From the NCBI GenBank assembly GCA_951406725.2, contig OX597837.1, forward strand, positions 29,822,001-29,886,000: DNA of 64,000 bases, given 5' to 3'. This DNA comes from Octopus vulgaris (lineage: Eukaryota). The number at the start of each line of letters is the position of its first letter. Positions within the stretch are counted from its first letter, which is position 1. Shown here piece by piece: positions 1-13,629 of this stretch. The translations under genes and the position numbers were made by a program. The notes under the pieces were generated by a model, which did no database searches, had not been told where the DNA came from, and saw nothing but the letters and a program-made list of their open reading frames with translations.

Positions 1-233
1 CAAGCGAGGCCGTCTGCCAGCCTCGTCTGGCACCTGTGTCGGTGGCACATAAAATCACCCACTACACTCTCGGAGTGGTTGGTGTCAGGAAGGGCATCCA
101 GCTGTAGAAACACTGCCAGATCTGACTGGCCTGGTGCAGCCTTCGGGCTCCCCAGACCCCAGTCGAACCATCCAACCTATGCTAGCATGGAAAGCGGACG
201 TTAAACGATGATGATGATGATGATGATGATGAT
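1..233 (+). mobile_element. Non-autonomous retroposon (SINE-like, (GAT)n tail), family C
   Basis: Signature ggtggcacgtaaaaagcacccactacact..aggaagggcatccagctgtagaaac..catgctagcatggaaagcggacgttaaacg(atg)n. Other copies at about 5808-6141, 17572-17927, 22474-25035, 25275-25433, 36210-36549 and 50500-50881. Confidence 0.8.
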
Positions 234-351
234 TAAATTTGTGAAATACATCAGGAAGTGCCCTTTTCTCTGAATAGTCTTCTGTTTGATATTGAACCTG
301 TATTAAAATATATCTTTTTCACCATCTGTTTTCTCTCTTCTTATCTTTCAG

Positions 352-399
352 CTCACCATGCCTTCTTCCACCTGAAAACAGAGGGTTACACCGAGATGG
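352..399 (+). CDS. TNF-like ligand gene 1, penultimate 48-nt exon (HHAFFHLKTEGYTEM)
   Basis: ttatctttcag acceptor and gtaagt donor, phase 1/1. Same length and motif as the exons at 36902-36949 and 54400-54447, with homologous flanking intron sequence. The motif resembles TNF strand A (xAHL). Upstream exons lie before the window. Confidence 0.8.
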
Positions 400-449
400 G
401 TAAGTTCATTTATACAGAGTTATTGCACACTTTTTCTTATAATTTATGC

Positions 450-682
450 CTATTTCTTTACTACCCACAAGGGGCTAAACACAGAGAGGACAAACAAGGA
501 CAGACAAACGGATCAAGTCAATTACATCGACCCCAGTGCGCAACTGGTACTTATTTAATTGACCCCGAAAGGATGAAAGGCAAAGTCGACCTTGGCGGAA
601 TTTGAACTCAGAGCGTAGCGGCAGACGAAATACCCCTAAGCATTTCGCCCAGCATGCTAACGTTTCTGCCAGCTCACCGCCT
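450..682 (-). mobile_element. tRNA-derived SINE family B (core gcctttcatcctttcggggtcgataaattaagtaccag)
   Basis: About 230-bp repeat with a B-box-like gagttcaaattc. Copies at about 15389-15621, 19398-19627, 29728-29954, 33312-34505, 52295-52476, 55011-55672 and 62990-63770. Confidence 0.8.
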
Positions 683-867
683 CTTCATAATTTATATCAC
701 ACCCTTAATCTTTCTGTTATCTGAATGTGCTTGAGTCTTTTGCTCTATTAGTGTTTGTATTGTGGATTGCTTATTCATTATTAGTTGTGTCCTTCAGTTG
801 GATATCGGAAGTGACATTAAGGGATGAGTCCATCTGTTCAGTGTGAAATTTAAAATAATAATAATAA

Positions 868-1665
868 TAATGAAATTATTGTATCCAGTGCTCAGGTGCA
901 CCACAACTTGTCAGAAAGTGCACATAAAGTGTATGCAGTAATGTACAAATGTCTGGAAAGCGAACAATGTATGAGTCAGATACATGCTTGCGTGTGTATG
1001 GAGGGGAGAAAATCAGGTGTAGTGTTGACGAATCTCAGGAAGCATGGAAGTTTTGAAGGATGCATTGCTCCGACAACTAACAACTGATGCCGGCAGTTTG
1101 TTCCATGCTTCAGCAACTCTCAGCGTGAAAAAATGTTTCCTAAAGTCATGGGAGCTGTGCTGTTTTCTGACTTTGTAAACATGTCTACAGGTGTTAGACG
1201 GGTGGAGTTTGAAAAGGTGCTCAGAGTTATTGTTTGTAAGATGGTTGATAATTTTATGGGTGTCTGCCAAGTCAGCTGCCAGACATTGTGTCCATGCCCA
1301 GGGTAAGGCGTAAGTAAGGCGTTCAGAATATGGCAAATGCCTGATGGAGGGTATTCTTTTGGTTGCACATCGCTGAACGGCTTCCAGACGATTGATATCC
1401 TGGGCAAAATAAGGGTTCCAGACCGGTGATGCAAATTCCAGGTGAGGTCTTACCATAGCTATATAAAGCCGCAGATAGATAGTCGGAGAGCGGCTCACAA
1501 AGGATTTAGTGAGTGATGCCAAGACACCCTCAGCCTTCTTGACAATTTTAGCGATGTGTTTTGTCCAACGCAAATCACTGTTAATAATAACACCTAGGTC
1601 ACGTTCACACGAAGACTTTTTGAGATTAGTGTTGTGGAGGGAATAGGTGGACGCTGACAGAACAC
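868..1665 (-). mobile_element. CR1/L2-group LINE 3' fragment (RT C-terminus plus 3' UTR)
   Basis: ERDLGV..VRPHLEFASPVWNP..HFFTLRVAEAWNKLP motifs. Near-identical copies at 5727-6560 (-) and 13630-14345 (+). Confidence 0.88.
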
Positions 1666-1958
1666 TGCCTCCAGCCATGTAATGGGGCTTTTTTTTGTAT
1701 CGTGCTTACCCAAGGTTTACAGAATGAAATTCACCAACATTTCTTGAGAGCTTTATCAAATGAGCTCAGCTGTCCCCTTTACACGGTTTAAAAAGAAATG
1801 AAAGGAACTTGTTGCAGCTTTTGTTAAAGGCATTTAAATACTATGTGCTCATTGCTGGTTTGTTCTGTGTATGTATGGAGGCTATTACATGTTCGTGTGT
1901 GAATTGTATAAACACAAATATTATACTGGTTGATGTATAACTGAGAAATAGCAATGTG

Positions 1959-2042
<84 letters not shown>

Positions 2043-2044
2043 GT

Positions 2045-3968
2045 TACTTTTTTTCTTCTTTTTTAAATTTGCTTCCATTTCTTGCCGAGTGCCTTCCCGA
2101 CTCCTAGGGCAAAGAAACTCATAGTATACATTGGTAGGCCATTAAACCAAACTCAATAGTTCGTTCGTTCATTTTTTTTTTTTTTTAAGTTAAATTAAAA
2201 TACATGAGCAGCAACAGTTCTCACATCGACAATGCTCTTCTCAATACGTGTGATGTACCAGTTAAGACAATCTTTTGCACTTCTTGCAGGGATGGTAAGC
2301 CAGGGATCATTCTCATATAATTTTCGGTTCCCTTCTTGATCATTCCTAGTGCTCCTACGATCACTGGTATTGTAACCGCCTTGAGATGCCACATTTTCTC
2401 AATTTCAATGAGCAGGTCTTTATATTTTCTGAGCTTGTCAAACTCTTTCGCTGAGATATTATGATCACAGGGGATGCTCATGTCGATCAATAAGCAAACT
2501 TTATTGTTTTGGTCTTTCACAACAATATCTGGTTTATTGGCCTTGATGGTTCGGTCTGTATGTACTGGAAAGTCCCACAGAATGGTTACATTTTCTCTTT
2601 CAGTTACAGCCTCAGGGTGGTGATTATACCACTTGTCGGCAGTTTTGATATTGTAATGCCGACTTATTAGCCAGTGTAGATATTGGCCAACTCTGTCATG
2701 TCTTAATTTATACTCCACTGGTGCTAAGACTTTACATCCAGAGATTAAGTGGTCCACTGTATCAATCATGTCGTTGCAGAATCGGCATTTTGGGTCTGCT
2801 CCATTTTTCATCACATTAACCCGGGTTAATAGGCTTTGATCTTGAGCAGCCAGGATGAAACCTTTGCTCTCTGCTTTTAGCCCTGAGCTCCGTAGCCACT
2901 GATGGGTTTGCTTCTGGTCAACATCAGCTTGATTGCTGCGGGTCACATATTTGCCGTGCAGAGGTTTCTCCTCCCACCTATCAGCCAATTGCTCGTGCGC
3001 TTTTTTCGTTGCCATTATTTTCACCTTCTTTGCAACAATAGTTGCTGTACTTCCCTCGGGTTGTTCAGTTTGGGTATACTGCACGAGATCAATAGCAAAT
3101 TTTTTGCTTTCCTTTATGATAGAATGAAGCTTCTTTCGTCTCTCGTAATTTTCCACGAGCTTTAGCATCCAGTCATTCGTTATTTCAAGATATTTGGCCA
3201 GTCCAATTGTGGTTGTTTTGTAAGCTAGTTCAAATTGGATCAGGCCTCGACCTCCTTGGGCTCTGGGAAGGTAAAGGCGATCTATGTCTGCCTTTGGGTG
3301 GTGCATCCTATTACAACTCAGCAGCTTGCGTATTTTCCTATCTATATTCTTTACTTCACTCATATTCCAGTTCAACACATTGTAGCTATAAGTAACAACT
3401 GGAACTGCTAAGGAATTTATAGCTAACACCTTGTTATGTGCATTTAGTTCAGATTTCAGGACTGCACGAACTCTCCTATAACATTCCTTCCTGATCTTCT
3501 CTTTCATGCTTGTATGCTGAATACCAGAGCCTTCATTTATCCCTAAATATTTGTATGTTTGTTCTTGCTCAAGCTCTCTTATGACTGTGTCAACATCTAA
3601 CACGACTGAATTTGTAGTCTTCACTTTTCCTTTCTGGAAAGTGGCCTTGGCACACTTCTCAAGTCCAAACTACATCCCGATATTATCGCTGAATGCTTTC
3701 ACAGTGCGCAATAGGCCTTCAAGTTCATTATTGTCTTTACCATAAAGTTTTAAGTCATCCATATAAAATAGATGGCTTATTTTCTTATTGGCAATTTTAT
3801 ACCCATACCCTGTTCTGTTTAATTCACTTGTAAGGGGTATTAGGACTATGCAGAATATTAAAGGTGAAAGTGAGTCACCTTGAAAAATTCCACAGTTGAT
3901 GTTTATATTTTCTGAGGCAAGTACTCGATTAGAGTGGTATAATTGGAGATTCGTATTCCATAACGACA
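2045..3968 (-). mobile_element. 5'-truncated R4/Dong-clade non-LTR retrotransposon (RT, CCHC finger, restriction-like endonuclease)
   Basis: GIFQGDSLSP and YMDDLKLY RT motifs, CRFC..HLISGC zinc knuckle, RHD and KPDIVV..LIDMSIP..KLRKY RLE motifs. One in-frame stop at about 3670. Flanked by (TAA)n tracts. Confidence 0.88.
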
Positions 3969-4010
3969 TATTATTAATATTATTATTATTAATATTATTA
4001 TTATTATTAA

Positions 4011-4047
<37 letters not shown>

Positions 4048-4133
4048 ATTATTATTATTAATATCAATATTATTATTAATATTATTATTATTAATATTAT
4101 TATTATTAATATTAATATTATTATTATTATTAA

Positions 4134-4167
<34 letters not shown>

Positions 4168-4189
4168 ATTATTATTAATATCGTCATCG

Positions 4190-4220
<31 letters not shown>

Positions 4221-4239
4221 TATTATCACTATTATTATT

Positions 4240-4769
4240 GAGTGAGAGAGCGGTGAAAGTGACACTGGGGTAAAATATACGAAGCCCAGTATACCCATCA
4301 TGACTACCCGTCTGATAAGGGTACACCAGGCACATGCATCACAACCATATGTGTGCAACATGGTGATCTCATATCAAGATAAACAGCACATGACCTTGCA
4401 GGTGGGGCCCAGTTAGAATTTTCTGCTGGTCGAGTAACCCATCCCACTCAAAAGGTCCCTGAGTAAGGGTTGTTTAAGGATGTTGAACGAAACACCCATG
4501 TTTCCAGAGGTGAATTATTCAAACCCCAAAGAATCCCTCTCAACACGTGGCTATGATGTTCCCCCACTACTTCTGCTCGTGATCAGAGATGCACATATCG
4601 TCAGCCACTAAGGTTAAGATCAAACAACTGACAAGCAAATCTGTGGTATTGAGCAGAATATTTGCTGTAGCCTATCTTTTATATCAAGACAAAACAATGT
4701 ACATGATAACACTTCCAATCAGTTAAGATCAGAAGCCACGAGAGCCACTGCCTGGCACTGCATCAGGGC

Positions 4770-4772
<3 letters not shown>
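4240..4772. mobile_element. About 530-bp non-coding interspersed repeat flanked by (TAA)n
   Basis: Reverse-complement copies at about 61850-62175 (partial) and 62200-62750, also bounded by (AAT)n. Confidence 0.75.
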
Positions 4773-4809
<37 letters not shown>

Positions 4810-5006
4810 ATCATCATCATCATTTATGATTTATTATTATTTATTATTTATTATCATTTATTATTATTATTTATTATTATTATTATTATTTTATTTTTAT
4901 TCTTCTTCTTCTTCTTCTTCTTCTTCTTATTATTATTATTAATTATTATTATTATTTATTATTAATTATTATTATTATTATTTATTATTTATTATTATTA
5001 TTATTA

Positions 5007-5039
<33 letters not shown>

Positions 5040-5102
5040 TATTATTATTATTATTTATTATTATTATTATTTATTATTATTTATTATTATTATTATTTAT
5101 TA

Positions 5103-5144
<42 letters not shown>

Positions 5145-5211
5145 TATTATTTATTATTATTTATTATTATTATTATTATTTTATTATTATTATTATTTAT
5201 TATTATTATTA

Positions 5212-5240
<29 letters not shown>
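4772..5240. repeat. Degenerate (TTA)n/(TTTA) microsatellite abutting the gene 1 acceptor
   Basis: Directly visible in the sequence. Confidence 0.95.
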
Positions 5241-5242
<2 letters not shown>

Positions 5243-5253
5243 TCTTTTTTCAG

Positions 5254-5627
5254 AAAAAGTAACTAATTTGCACTGGGAGAAAAACAAAGACCAGAATGTG
5301 GGCAACATTCAGTTGGTTGACGGAACTTACATATATATTCCACAGGATGGGATTTACGAAATAAACTGTGCCATACAGTTGTACATCCCAAGAGATACTC
5401 CCTCAAGGGTTGTAACCCTGATGTTTCAGAAAAAGAATGGAACAAAATATGAATATATGAAAGAAAGTTCAAACTCCTTAGAAGATTTACCAGAACATGT
5501 TGTCATACAATCATCATTTACATACTATTTGAAAACAAATGATACAATGTTTTTGAAGATGAACATGGCAAAATACGTCAGTCCCAATAAACCCTCAAGC
5601 TATTTAGCTATCACCAGCTTACACTAA
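5254..5627 (+). CDS. TNF-like ligand gene 1, terminal exon (THD-like: NLHW..YIYIPQDGIYEINCAIQL..SSYLAITSLH*)
   Basis: tttcttttttcag acceptor in phase 1, joining in frame to exon 352-399. LxW and IPQDGxYxI motifs are typical of TNF homology domains. AATAAA at 5638-5643. Two paralogues in the window. Confidence 0.82.
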
Positions 5628-5726
5628 AATACTCATCAATAAAATGTTTGTGTTGTGATTCGGGGCTCAGATCAAGTGTTTTCTTTAAAAGTTCTTTTTG
5701 ACCTTAAAACATCTTGTAATATAATA

Positions 5727-6560
5727 ATGAAATTATTGTATACAGTGCTCAGGTGCACCACAACTTGTCAGAAAGTGTGTATATAGAATATGCAGTAATG
5801 TACAGCGCCGCTCCGCCCCAACTGGCCTCCATGCCGGTGGCACGTAAAAAGCACCATCCGATCGTGGCCGTTGCCAGCCTCGCCTGGCCCCATGCCAGTG
5901 GCACGTAAAAAGTACCATCCCTCCGTGGCCGTTTGCCAGCCCCATCTGGCACCTGTGCCGGTGGCACGTAAAAAGCACCCACTACACTCACGCAGTGGTT
6001 GGCATTAGGAAGGGCATCCAGCCGTAGAAACATTGCCAGATGAGACTGGGCCTGGTGCAGCCTTCTGGCTTCCCAGACCCCAGTTGAACCGTCCAACTGA
6101 TGCTAGCATGGAAAGCGGACGCTAAATGATGATGATGATGTACAAATGTCTGGAAAGTGAACAGTGTATGAGTCAGATACATGCTTGTGTGTGTATGGAG
6201 GGAAGGAAATCAGGTGTAGTGTTGGCGAATCTCAGGAAGCATGGAAGTTTTGAAGGATGCTGTGCTCCGACAACTAACTACTGATGCCGGCAGTTTGTTC
6301 CATGCTTCAGCAACTCTCAGCGTGAAAAAATGTTTCATAAAGTCATGGGAGCTGTGCTGTTTTCTGACTTTGTAAATATGTCCACGAGTGTTAGATGGGT
6401 GGAGCTTGAAAAGGTGCTCAGAGTTATTGTTTGTAAGATGGTTGATAATTTTATGGGTGTCTGCCAAGTCAGCTGCCAGACATTGGAGTTTCAATGTATC
6501 CATGCCCAGGGAAGTAAGGCGTTCAGAATATGGCAAATGCCTGATGGAGGATATTCTTTT
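5727..6560 (-). mobile_element. CR1/L2-group LINE 3' fragment interrupted by a family C SINE (5808-6141)
   Basis: Same RT C-terminus as 1013-1678. The SINE sits between two atgtaca copies, a likely TSD. Confidence 0.85.
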
Positions 6561-6685
6561 GAAGAGATTCATTTAATTATATCAAGCTGTTTGTAATTTG
6601 CCTGGTACTTATTTAGTCCTACTCATCTTAATACTTCAAAAAGCAAAGTTGGTTTGTATGTTAACCACTATTTTCATTAAATAAA

Positions 6686-7412
<727 letters not shown>

Positions 7413-7424
7413 TTATAAGTCTTT

Positions 7425-8870
7425 TGTGTGGCACAGAATTAAAAACCTTAGCAAAGTCCAGGTAAACAACATCCACCCAGGAGCTGCCATCAGTGATTCG
7501 GGTAATGTCCTCAAGAAATTCGATGAGTTGATTACAGCAGCTGGATTTAGGAATAAATCCAAATTGTGATGGCTGGATGAGGCTGTGAGACTTCTAGAAG
7601 TTCCAGAGGGTTTCTCTGATACAGGATTCCATCAGTTTGGTGATGCAGCTAGTAAGACTAACGGGGCGATATTTGACAGGCGATGTGCGGTCACCTTTTT
7701 TGAACAGAGGGATGACACTGGCAGTTTTCCACTGCTCTGGAATAATACCATTGTCAAGAGAGAATAGAAAAAATAGTGTAAGTTGGTTCAGAAGAAAGTA
7801 CCCACCGTGTTTGAGAAGTAGGTATGTAACACCATCGAGACCAGGAAAGGCATAGTTACCTTTATTCTTAAGGTGGCGTTGTAGCATTGCTGGTGTAAAT
7901 TTCATAGTAGTTATAGAGTCCGGTGTCAGAGGTGATGGAGATGGAACATTTTGATCTTCGACAGTAAAGATGCCTGCATAGCATCCAGCAATGATTTCTG
8001 CACATTCTTTGGGATTGTCAGTAATCTGGCCTGTGTGGGTATTGCGAAGGGGACCAACTGGAGAGTGAGGTCTCTGCTTTGAATGTACATACTTCCAGAA
8101 CACTTTGCTGTGAGGGTTGGTTGCTATGCGCTGTTCGAATTCAAGCACTGCTTTTTTTGTCACCTGCTTGAGATGGTTGGATGATCTATTGCGCTTTTTC
8201 CTGTTGATCTCTGATTTGTGCATTTTGTATTCCTGTTCAGCATTACGGCGTTCTTTCCTGGCAAGTTGGACTGCTGCAATCTCCCAATTTGCACTATTGG
8301 GTGGTTTTTGGTGCTTGTGTGGTACCAGTGCTGCACATGCCGTCCATATTGAATTCAAGATGTTCTAAAGTATAGTGTTTACATTTCCATAAACATAAAA
8401 TTCGAGCCAGTTTGAGCGTTGCAGCTCGGTACGATAAGAGTTCCAGTCTGCTTTATTCCAGTCAAAGCAGGCAGTTTGAAGATGTTTGCGGTTTTTTTTT
8501 ACAATCAGTCAGAGACAAGTCAGCAATGATCATGGAATGATCAGAGTCACCTAAAGGTTCTTCAGTAGCGACACTAATGATTGTTTCAGGAGAAGCGGTA
8601 AGTAGCAGATCCAAAGTGTTGTTACCCCTTGTGGGGGAGGTAACGACTTGGGACCAATTTGAATTCAGCACTAGCTTAACGAAATCGTCTGCACTTTGCG
8701 GCCAATGGAAGGCTTCCCTGTCAATCTCAGGGAAATTGAAGTCCCCTGCAATATAAACATATATGGCTGTTTCCATGGCAGCAAGTCTGAGGATATCAAA
8801 AAGTTGTGTGTCTTGATGATAATTTGGGGGGCAGTAAACAACTCCAAGTAGAAGTGTTGACATGGTTATG
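7425..8870 (-). mobile_element. CR1/L2-group LINE ORF2 fragment (APE endonuclease plus RT N-terminus), degraded
   Basis: GDFNFP, PTRGNNTLDLLL and SDHSMI APE motifs. PLFKKGDR..YRPVSLTS and VYLDFAK RT motifs. Confidence 0.88.
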
Positions 8871-8872
8871 TG

Positions 8873-9330
8873 TACACTACCGTCAGAAATTAATTAGCAC
8901 CCTTGATTTGCTCTTCACTCAAGGTATGTGCTGTCACCTAGTGGCCATATCTCGAACTATTGCTTTGTTGTGAGTTCACTGTTGCGCAGAACGATGACGT
9001 AACTTTGTTTGCAGAGCAGTTTGAGAGTCTACAGCCTTATGATGTTGACATAGCAGTGCAACAACAACTTGGAGTGCGGATGCAGACAAATCTTCCTTTG
9101 TTTAATAGATATAGGTAGCGCCTCGCAAGGACCGAAATCACCATACTAAGTTTTCTCATCGCGTAAGACGTTTTGAACAGCTCATAGGTTAATTAATTTA
9201 ACCTATTTAATGTAGAAAATTGAGAAGTGCTAATTAATTTCTGACGCAAGTGTATATTGCAGAAAAATACTTCCTGTTGAGATTGGTCCAAATCATCACA
9301 AGAAATTGCCGATAGGTTTGAACGAACGTT
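8873..9330 (+). mobile_element. Probable Tc1-like DNA transposon left end
   Basis: ta-cactaccgtcagaaattaattagcacc resembles a Tc1 TIR. Degenerate HTH-like ending (..EIADRFE). Confidence 0.4.
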
Positions 9331-10071
9331 TTGGTCACTTGTCATTGTCACCATGAGGCCCAATGTTCAAAGACCATGCTTCACCACCTTATCCCATGTC
9401 TTCCTAGATCTATTTCTTCCACAGATTCCTTCCACAGTTAGAGTTCAGCACAATTTTACACAGCTGCCCTCGTCCATATGCATTATATGCCCATACCAGC
9501 ACAGTCATCTCTCTTGCACACCACATTTGATGCCTCTTATGTCCAGCTTTTCTTTCAAGACACTTACACCCTATCGTACAAGCACACTGATATTGCACAT
9601 CTAGTGAAGCATACTAGCTTCATTTTTTTCAAGTATATCTATGTCCTTGGTGGTCAACGCTCATGTTTAACTACTGTGTAGCATGGCTGTTTGCACACAG
9701 GCATCATACAGTCTGCTTTTCACTCTGAGGGAGCAGCCCTTTGTTATCAACAGAGAGCCTTTGTTACCAACTTCAGGAAACACAAGATACCAGAACAGAA
9801 ACAAGGGAGACTGGAGCCTCAAGCTGATAGAAAAGCTTGCTTAAGAGAACAGGGGTTTACAAAACAACTTCAAAGTAATGCAGCCAGAAATGTTTCCTCC
9901 AGAGAACAGGAAACATCAGAACGATGACAAGTTGGTTTAGAATTTAGACCTTTTTTTCGTGAAGACTGGAAACTAGCAAGTTTTAGCTACAATTCGACTC
10001 CTGGGCATTACAAGAGATGCATGTGAGTACAGTACAGACCAGGGCAAAAGTTGGGTGACTGCTAGTGAGAC

Positions 10072-10299
10072 TTAACCCTTTAGCATTTAAACCGGCCATA
10101 TCCGGCCAAAATATTTAACCTGTTTTACATTGAAACTGACCAGATCTCACCTCTCACCTCAGGCCTACCATGTCATTCTACAACTGAAAAATCACATCAC
10201 TGCAATCTCTAAACTACAAGATAATGCAGGATTAATTCAAACCATTTTAAATAAACAAATATCACATTTGATAGAATAATCTGAACACTAAAGGGTTAA
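10072..10299. mobile_element. piggyBac-like MITE (TTAA-CCCTTT...AAAGGG-TTAA)
   Basis: TTAA TSD with short terminal inverted repeats. Related elements at 12509-13460, about 37007-37205, 52684-52910 and up to 53408. Confidence 0.7.
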
Positions 10300-10624
10300 A
10301 ATACAGAGGATGTTGATTTAAAGGGGAGATAATTCAGTTGGATGAACATCGGCAGGTATTTCTGCATAACATACATCAACATCAAATTAAAAATCAAATG
10401 GATATTGTAGTTGTGATACCCGTGCCGGTGGCACGTTGGGCCTCACAGAGGAAATGACGAAAAACTGAGATATTCTGTGACTGCGAAGACCCGACAAATG
10501 AAGTGAGTCCATGGCTCACAAGACAGCCTGCTGTGCTAACCTTGGATCGTAGAGTGACCTGCTGTGCTTGAGGAGACCTATTGAGTCAAGTATGTCAATA
10601 TCATCAAAATAAAAATCAAATGGC

Positions 10625-10917
10625 ATATTTTCGGTTTGAACGGCAGTTTTTAACATAATTTCTAGGTAACTAAAAAATTTTAAACTTCGTATACTGGTAG
10701 AATGTGTTTATAAAACATTATTTTCTCTGTTTAAGAAACAGATTGGGTTTATTTACATTTGTGAAGAAAAATAAAAAAACCTTCACCCCCACCCCTAACC
10801 CAAACCCTAACCCTAAAATAGATTGAAATGCAATAGATCGATACTAGGGTCATAATTGTGGGTGATAATTTCATACGACACCGCTAGAAAAAACTGCCAT
10901 TCAAACCGAAAAGATCT
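10625..10917. mobile_element. MITE with about 25-bp TIRs and internal (CCCTAA)n
   Basis: ttttcggtttgaacggcagtttt / aaaactgccattcaaaccgaaaa inverted termini. Related left end at about 48757-49020. Confidence 0.65.
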
Positions 10918-11225
10918 GTCATACAACCATTCTCCCAATTTCTCAACTATGCTGAGATCACGCAGTTTGTGACATATCATTTCATGACCAACTTTGTCGA
11001 AAGCCTTTGCAAAGTCGAGATATATCGCATCCACATTCGAGTGGTTGAGGAGCTGTTTCAACACCCAGTCATAATGTTGTAAGAGTTGTGTTAGGCAGCT
11101 TCTTACAGGTCAGAAACCATGTTGGGTGTCAGTCAGCAAGTAATTTTCCTTAACGAAGGTGATTAGTTTTCTTCTAACTATCTGCTCCATGACTTTGCTG
11201 ATGTGTGATGTCAGAGAGATAGATC
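10918..11225 (-). mobile_element. LINE RT fragment (CR1/L2-like)
   Basis: VDAIYLDFAKAFDKV motif with an upstream QHGF motif. Confidence 0.8.
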
Positions 11226-11450
11226 TCAGATCCTAAAGTCTCCAGTTTCAGGACATATCATTAGCCACAAATAGCCACTGACCTTATTAATAATTCTATG
11301 TGTGACTATGTGGACCAGATCACTTGCATTTGTGTGATGTGTGTGTGCATTTGTATGAGCAAGTGTTGTGTGCCAGACCATGTATGTATGGGGGGATTTG
11401 TACATCCATGTTTACTTAGGTTATACCTAATATTTTTTCACTGTATTATG

Positions 11451-11966
11451 TACTAGCAGTATCGCCCGGCGTTGCTCGGGTTTGTAAGGGAAATAACTAT
11501 ATAAGCATTTTTAGAGAGTTACTTCCCTTATAGATGCCAATTCGGGCTTTCTTAGCCATTTCTGTTTTGGTGTCTTCAAGCCATGAAGTCGTTGTTCTAA
11601 AAGAACGCTGGTCTCCTTGACAACGCTTTACGACGTTGATTTCCTTACACTCCCTTCCCCACAGCTTCATGAGGGAAGGAAGAAGGGGGAGAAGCAAACA
11701 GGTGCAGGTGTGACCATGGACGCCAACTCCGCCGCCATCGACACACGAAAAATTGTGCATTAAAATGGAATAAAAAAATGATGTTAAATTATTTTTAAAA
11801 TCGTAGACTCATCGTAGACGCGCGCTAATACTCAGACGGGCTCGATATGAATTATAACTATAAGATACCCGAATTTGGTTAAACTGCACCGCAAAATGTG
11901 GGAGTAGTTAGGAATCTAAATCGAAGGGGACAGACACTCACACAACTACAGTTTTATATATATAGA
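11451..11966 (+). mobile_element. Helentron/HINE-like non-autonomous element
   Basis: Starts actagcagtatcgcccggcgttgctcggg (subterminal hairpin) and ends ttatatatatagat. Related copies at 54558-54864 and about 18490-18814. Confidence 0.6.
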
Positions 11967-12059
11967 TTTGTTTCTTTTTGTATCTGATCTTTGTTATGGG
12001 TCTTCTATAAAAATGAAGCTGTGTCATTTACAATATCATTTCTATAAATTGGTTTTATT

Positions 12060-12482
12060 TGGGTTTTATGCTTGGAAGGAGGACAACAGAAGCAGTGTTC
12101 ATTGTAAGGAGATTGCAAGAGAAATACTAAGATAAGGAGGAGTTGTACATGTGCTTTATTGATCTGGAGAAGGCATTTGATAGGGTTCCAAGGAAGGTGA
12201 TTGAGTGGGCATTGAGGAAGAGAGGTGTACTTGAGGTAATAGTGAGGGCAGTGATGAGTTTGTATGAGGGGGTAAAGACAAGAGTTAGAATTGGATCAGA
12301 GCTGTCGGAGGAGTTTGCAATGAAAGTTGGTGTGCATTAGGGATCTGTGTTGTCACCATTGTTGTTTGTAACAGTGGTTGATGTGGTGATGGGGAGTGCA
12401 AGAGAGGGATTAGTAATGGAGATACTGTATGCAGATGATCTTATTCTGAAGTGTGAGATGATGGAGGGATTGCGGGAGAAGT
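12060..12482 (+). mobile_element. RTE-clade LINE RT fragment with stops
   Basis: FIDLEKAFDRVPR, VGVH*GSVLSPLLF and LYADDL motifs. Confidence 0.85.
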
Positions 12483-12508
12483 TTATTATTTGAATCATTT
12501 ACTTATTT

Positions 12509-13460
12509 TTAACCCTTTAGTGTTCGCATTATTCTGCCAAAATTAATCCTTTTTTTATCCACATTGTTTTGAACTATAATCATGCATTATCTTGTAACTA
12601 TGAGAATTTGATGAGGTAGCTGTTAATTTTTAAAAAGGTTTTGTAGGGTTGGTGTGAAAGACCAGATCTGGCCAGTTTGAACATAAAACAGGCAGAATAT
12701 TTTTGGCCGGATATGGCCAGTTTAAATGCATTATCTTGTAACTATGAGAATTTGATGAGGCAGATGTTAATTTTTAAAACGGTATTGTAGGGTTGGTGTG
12801 AGAGACCAGATCTGGTCAGTTTGAACATAAAACAGGCAGAATACTTTTGCCCGGATATGGCCAGTTTAAATGCATTATCTTGTAACTATGAGAATTTGAT
12901 GAGGCAGATGTTAATTTTTAAAACGGTATTGTAGGGTTGGTGTGAAAGACCAGATCTGGCCAGTTTGAACATAAAACAGGCAGAATACTTTTGCCCGGAT
13001 ATGGCCAGTTTAAATGCATTATCTTGTAACTATGAGAATTTGATGAGGCAGATGTTAATTTTTAAAACGGTATTGTAGGGTTGGTGTGAAAGACCAGATC
13101 TGGCCAGTTTGAACATAAAACAGGCAGAATATTTTTGGCCGGATATGGCCAGCTTAAATGCATTATCTTGTAACTATGAGAATTTGATGAGGCAGATGTT
13201 AAGTTTTAAAACGATATTGTAGGGTTGGTGTGAAAGACCAGATCTGGCCAGTTTGAACATAAAACAGGCAGAATACTTTTGGCCGGATATGGCCAGTTTA
13301 AATGCATTATCTTGTAACTATGAGAATTTGATGAGGCAGATGTTAAGTTTTAAAACGATATTGTAGGGTTGGTGTGAAAGACCAGATCTGGCCAGTTTGA
13401 ACATAAAACAAGCAGAATACTTTTGGCCGGATATGGCCGGTCTAAATGCTAAAGGGTTAA
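12509..13460. repeat. piggyBac-like MITE containing six tandem 144-bp units
   Basis: tgcattatcttgtaactatgag recurs at 12583, 12727, 12871, 13015, 13159 and 13303. Termini are TTAACCCTTT and AAAGGGTTAA. Confidence 0.85.
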
Positions 13461-13629
13461 ATATGTTTATCATATGTAATTAAATGTCTTAAAAATGATA
13501 ATGAAATATAATTAAAAACCATTACTGTTTAACATCTACTTTTCCATGCTTGCATACATCAGACAGAATTTCTACAGCCAGGTGCCCTACCTGTTGCCAA
13601 CCTTCATCTCTTTCTAAGCAAGGTAATAA

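Noticed and set aside
10790-10815. Telomere-like (CCCTAA)n
   Set aside because: Only about 3 imperfect units, inside a TIR-bounded MITE that recurs at about 49 kb.
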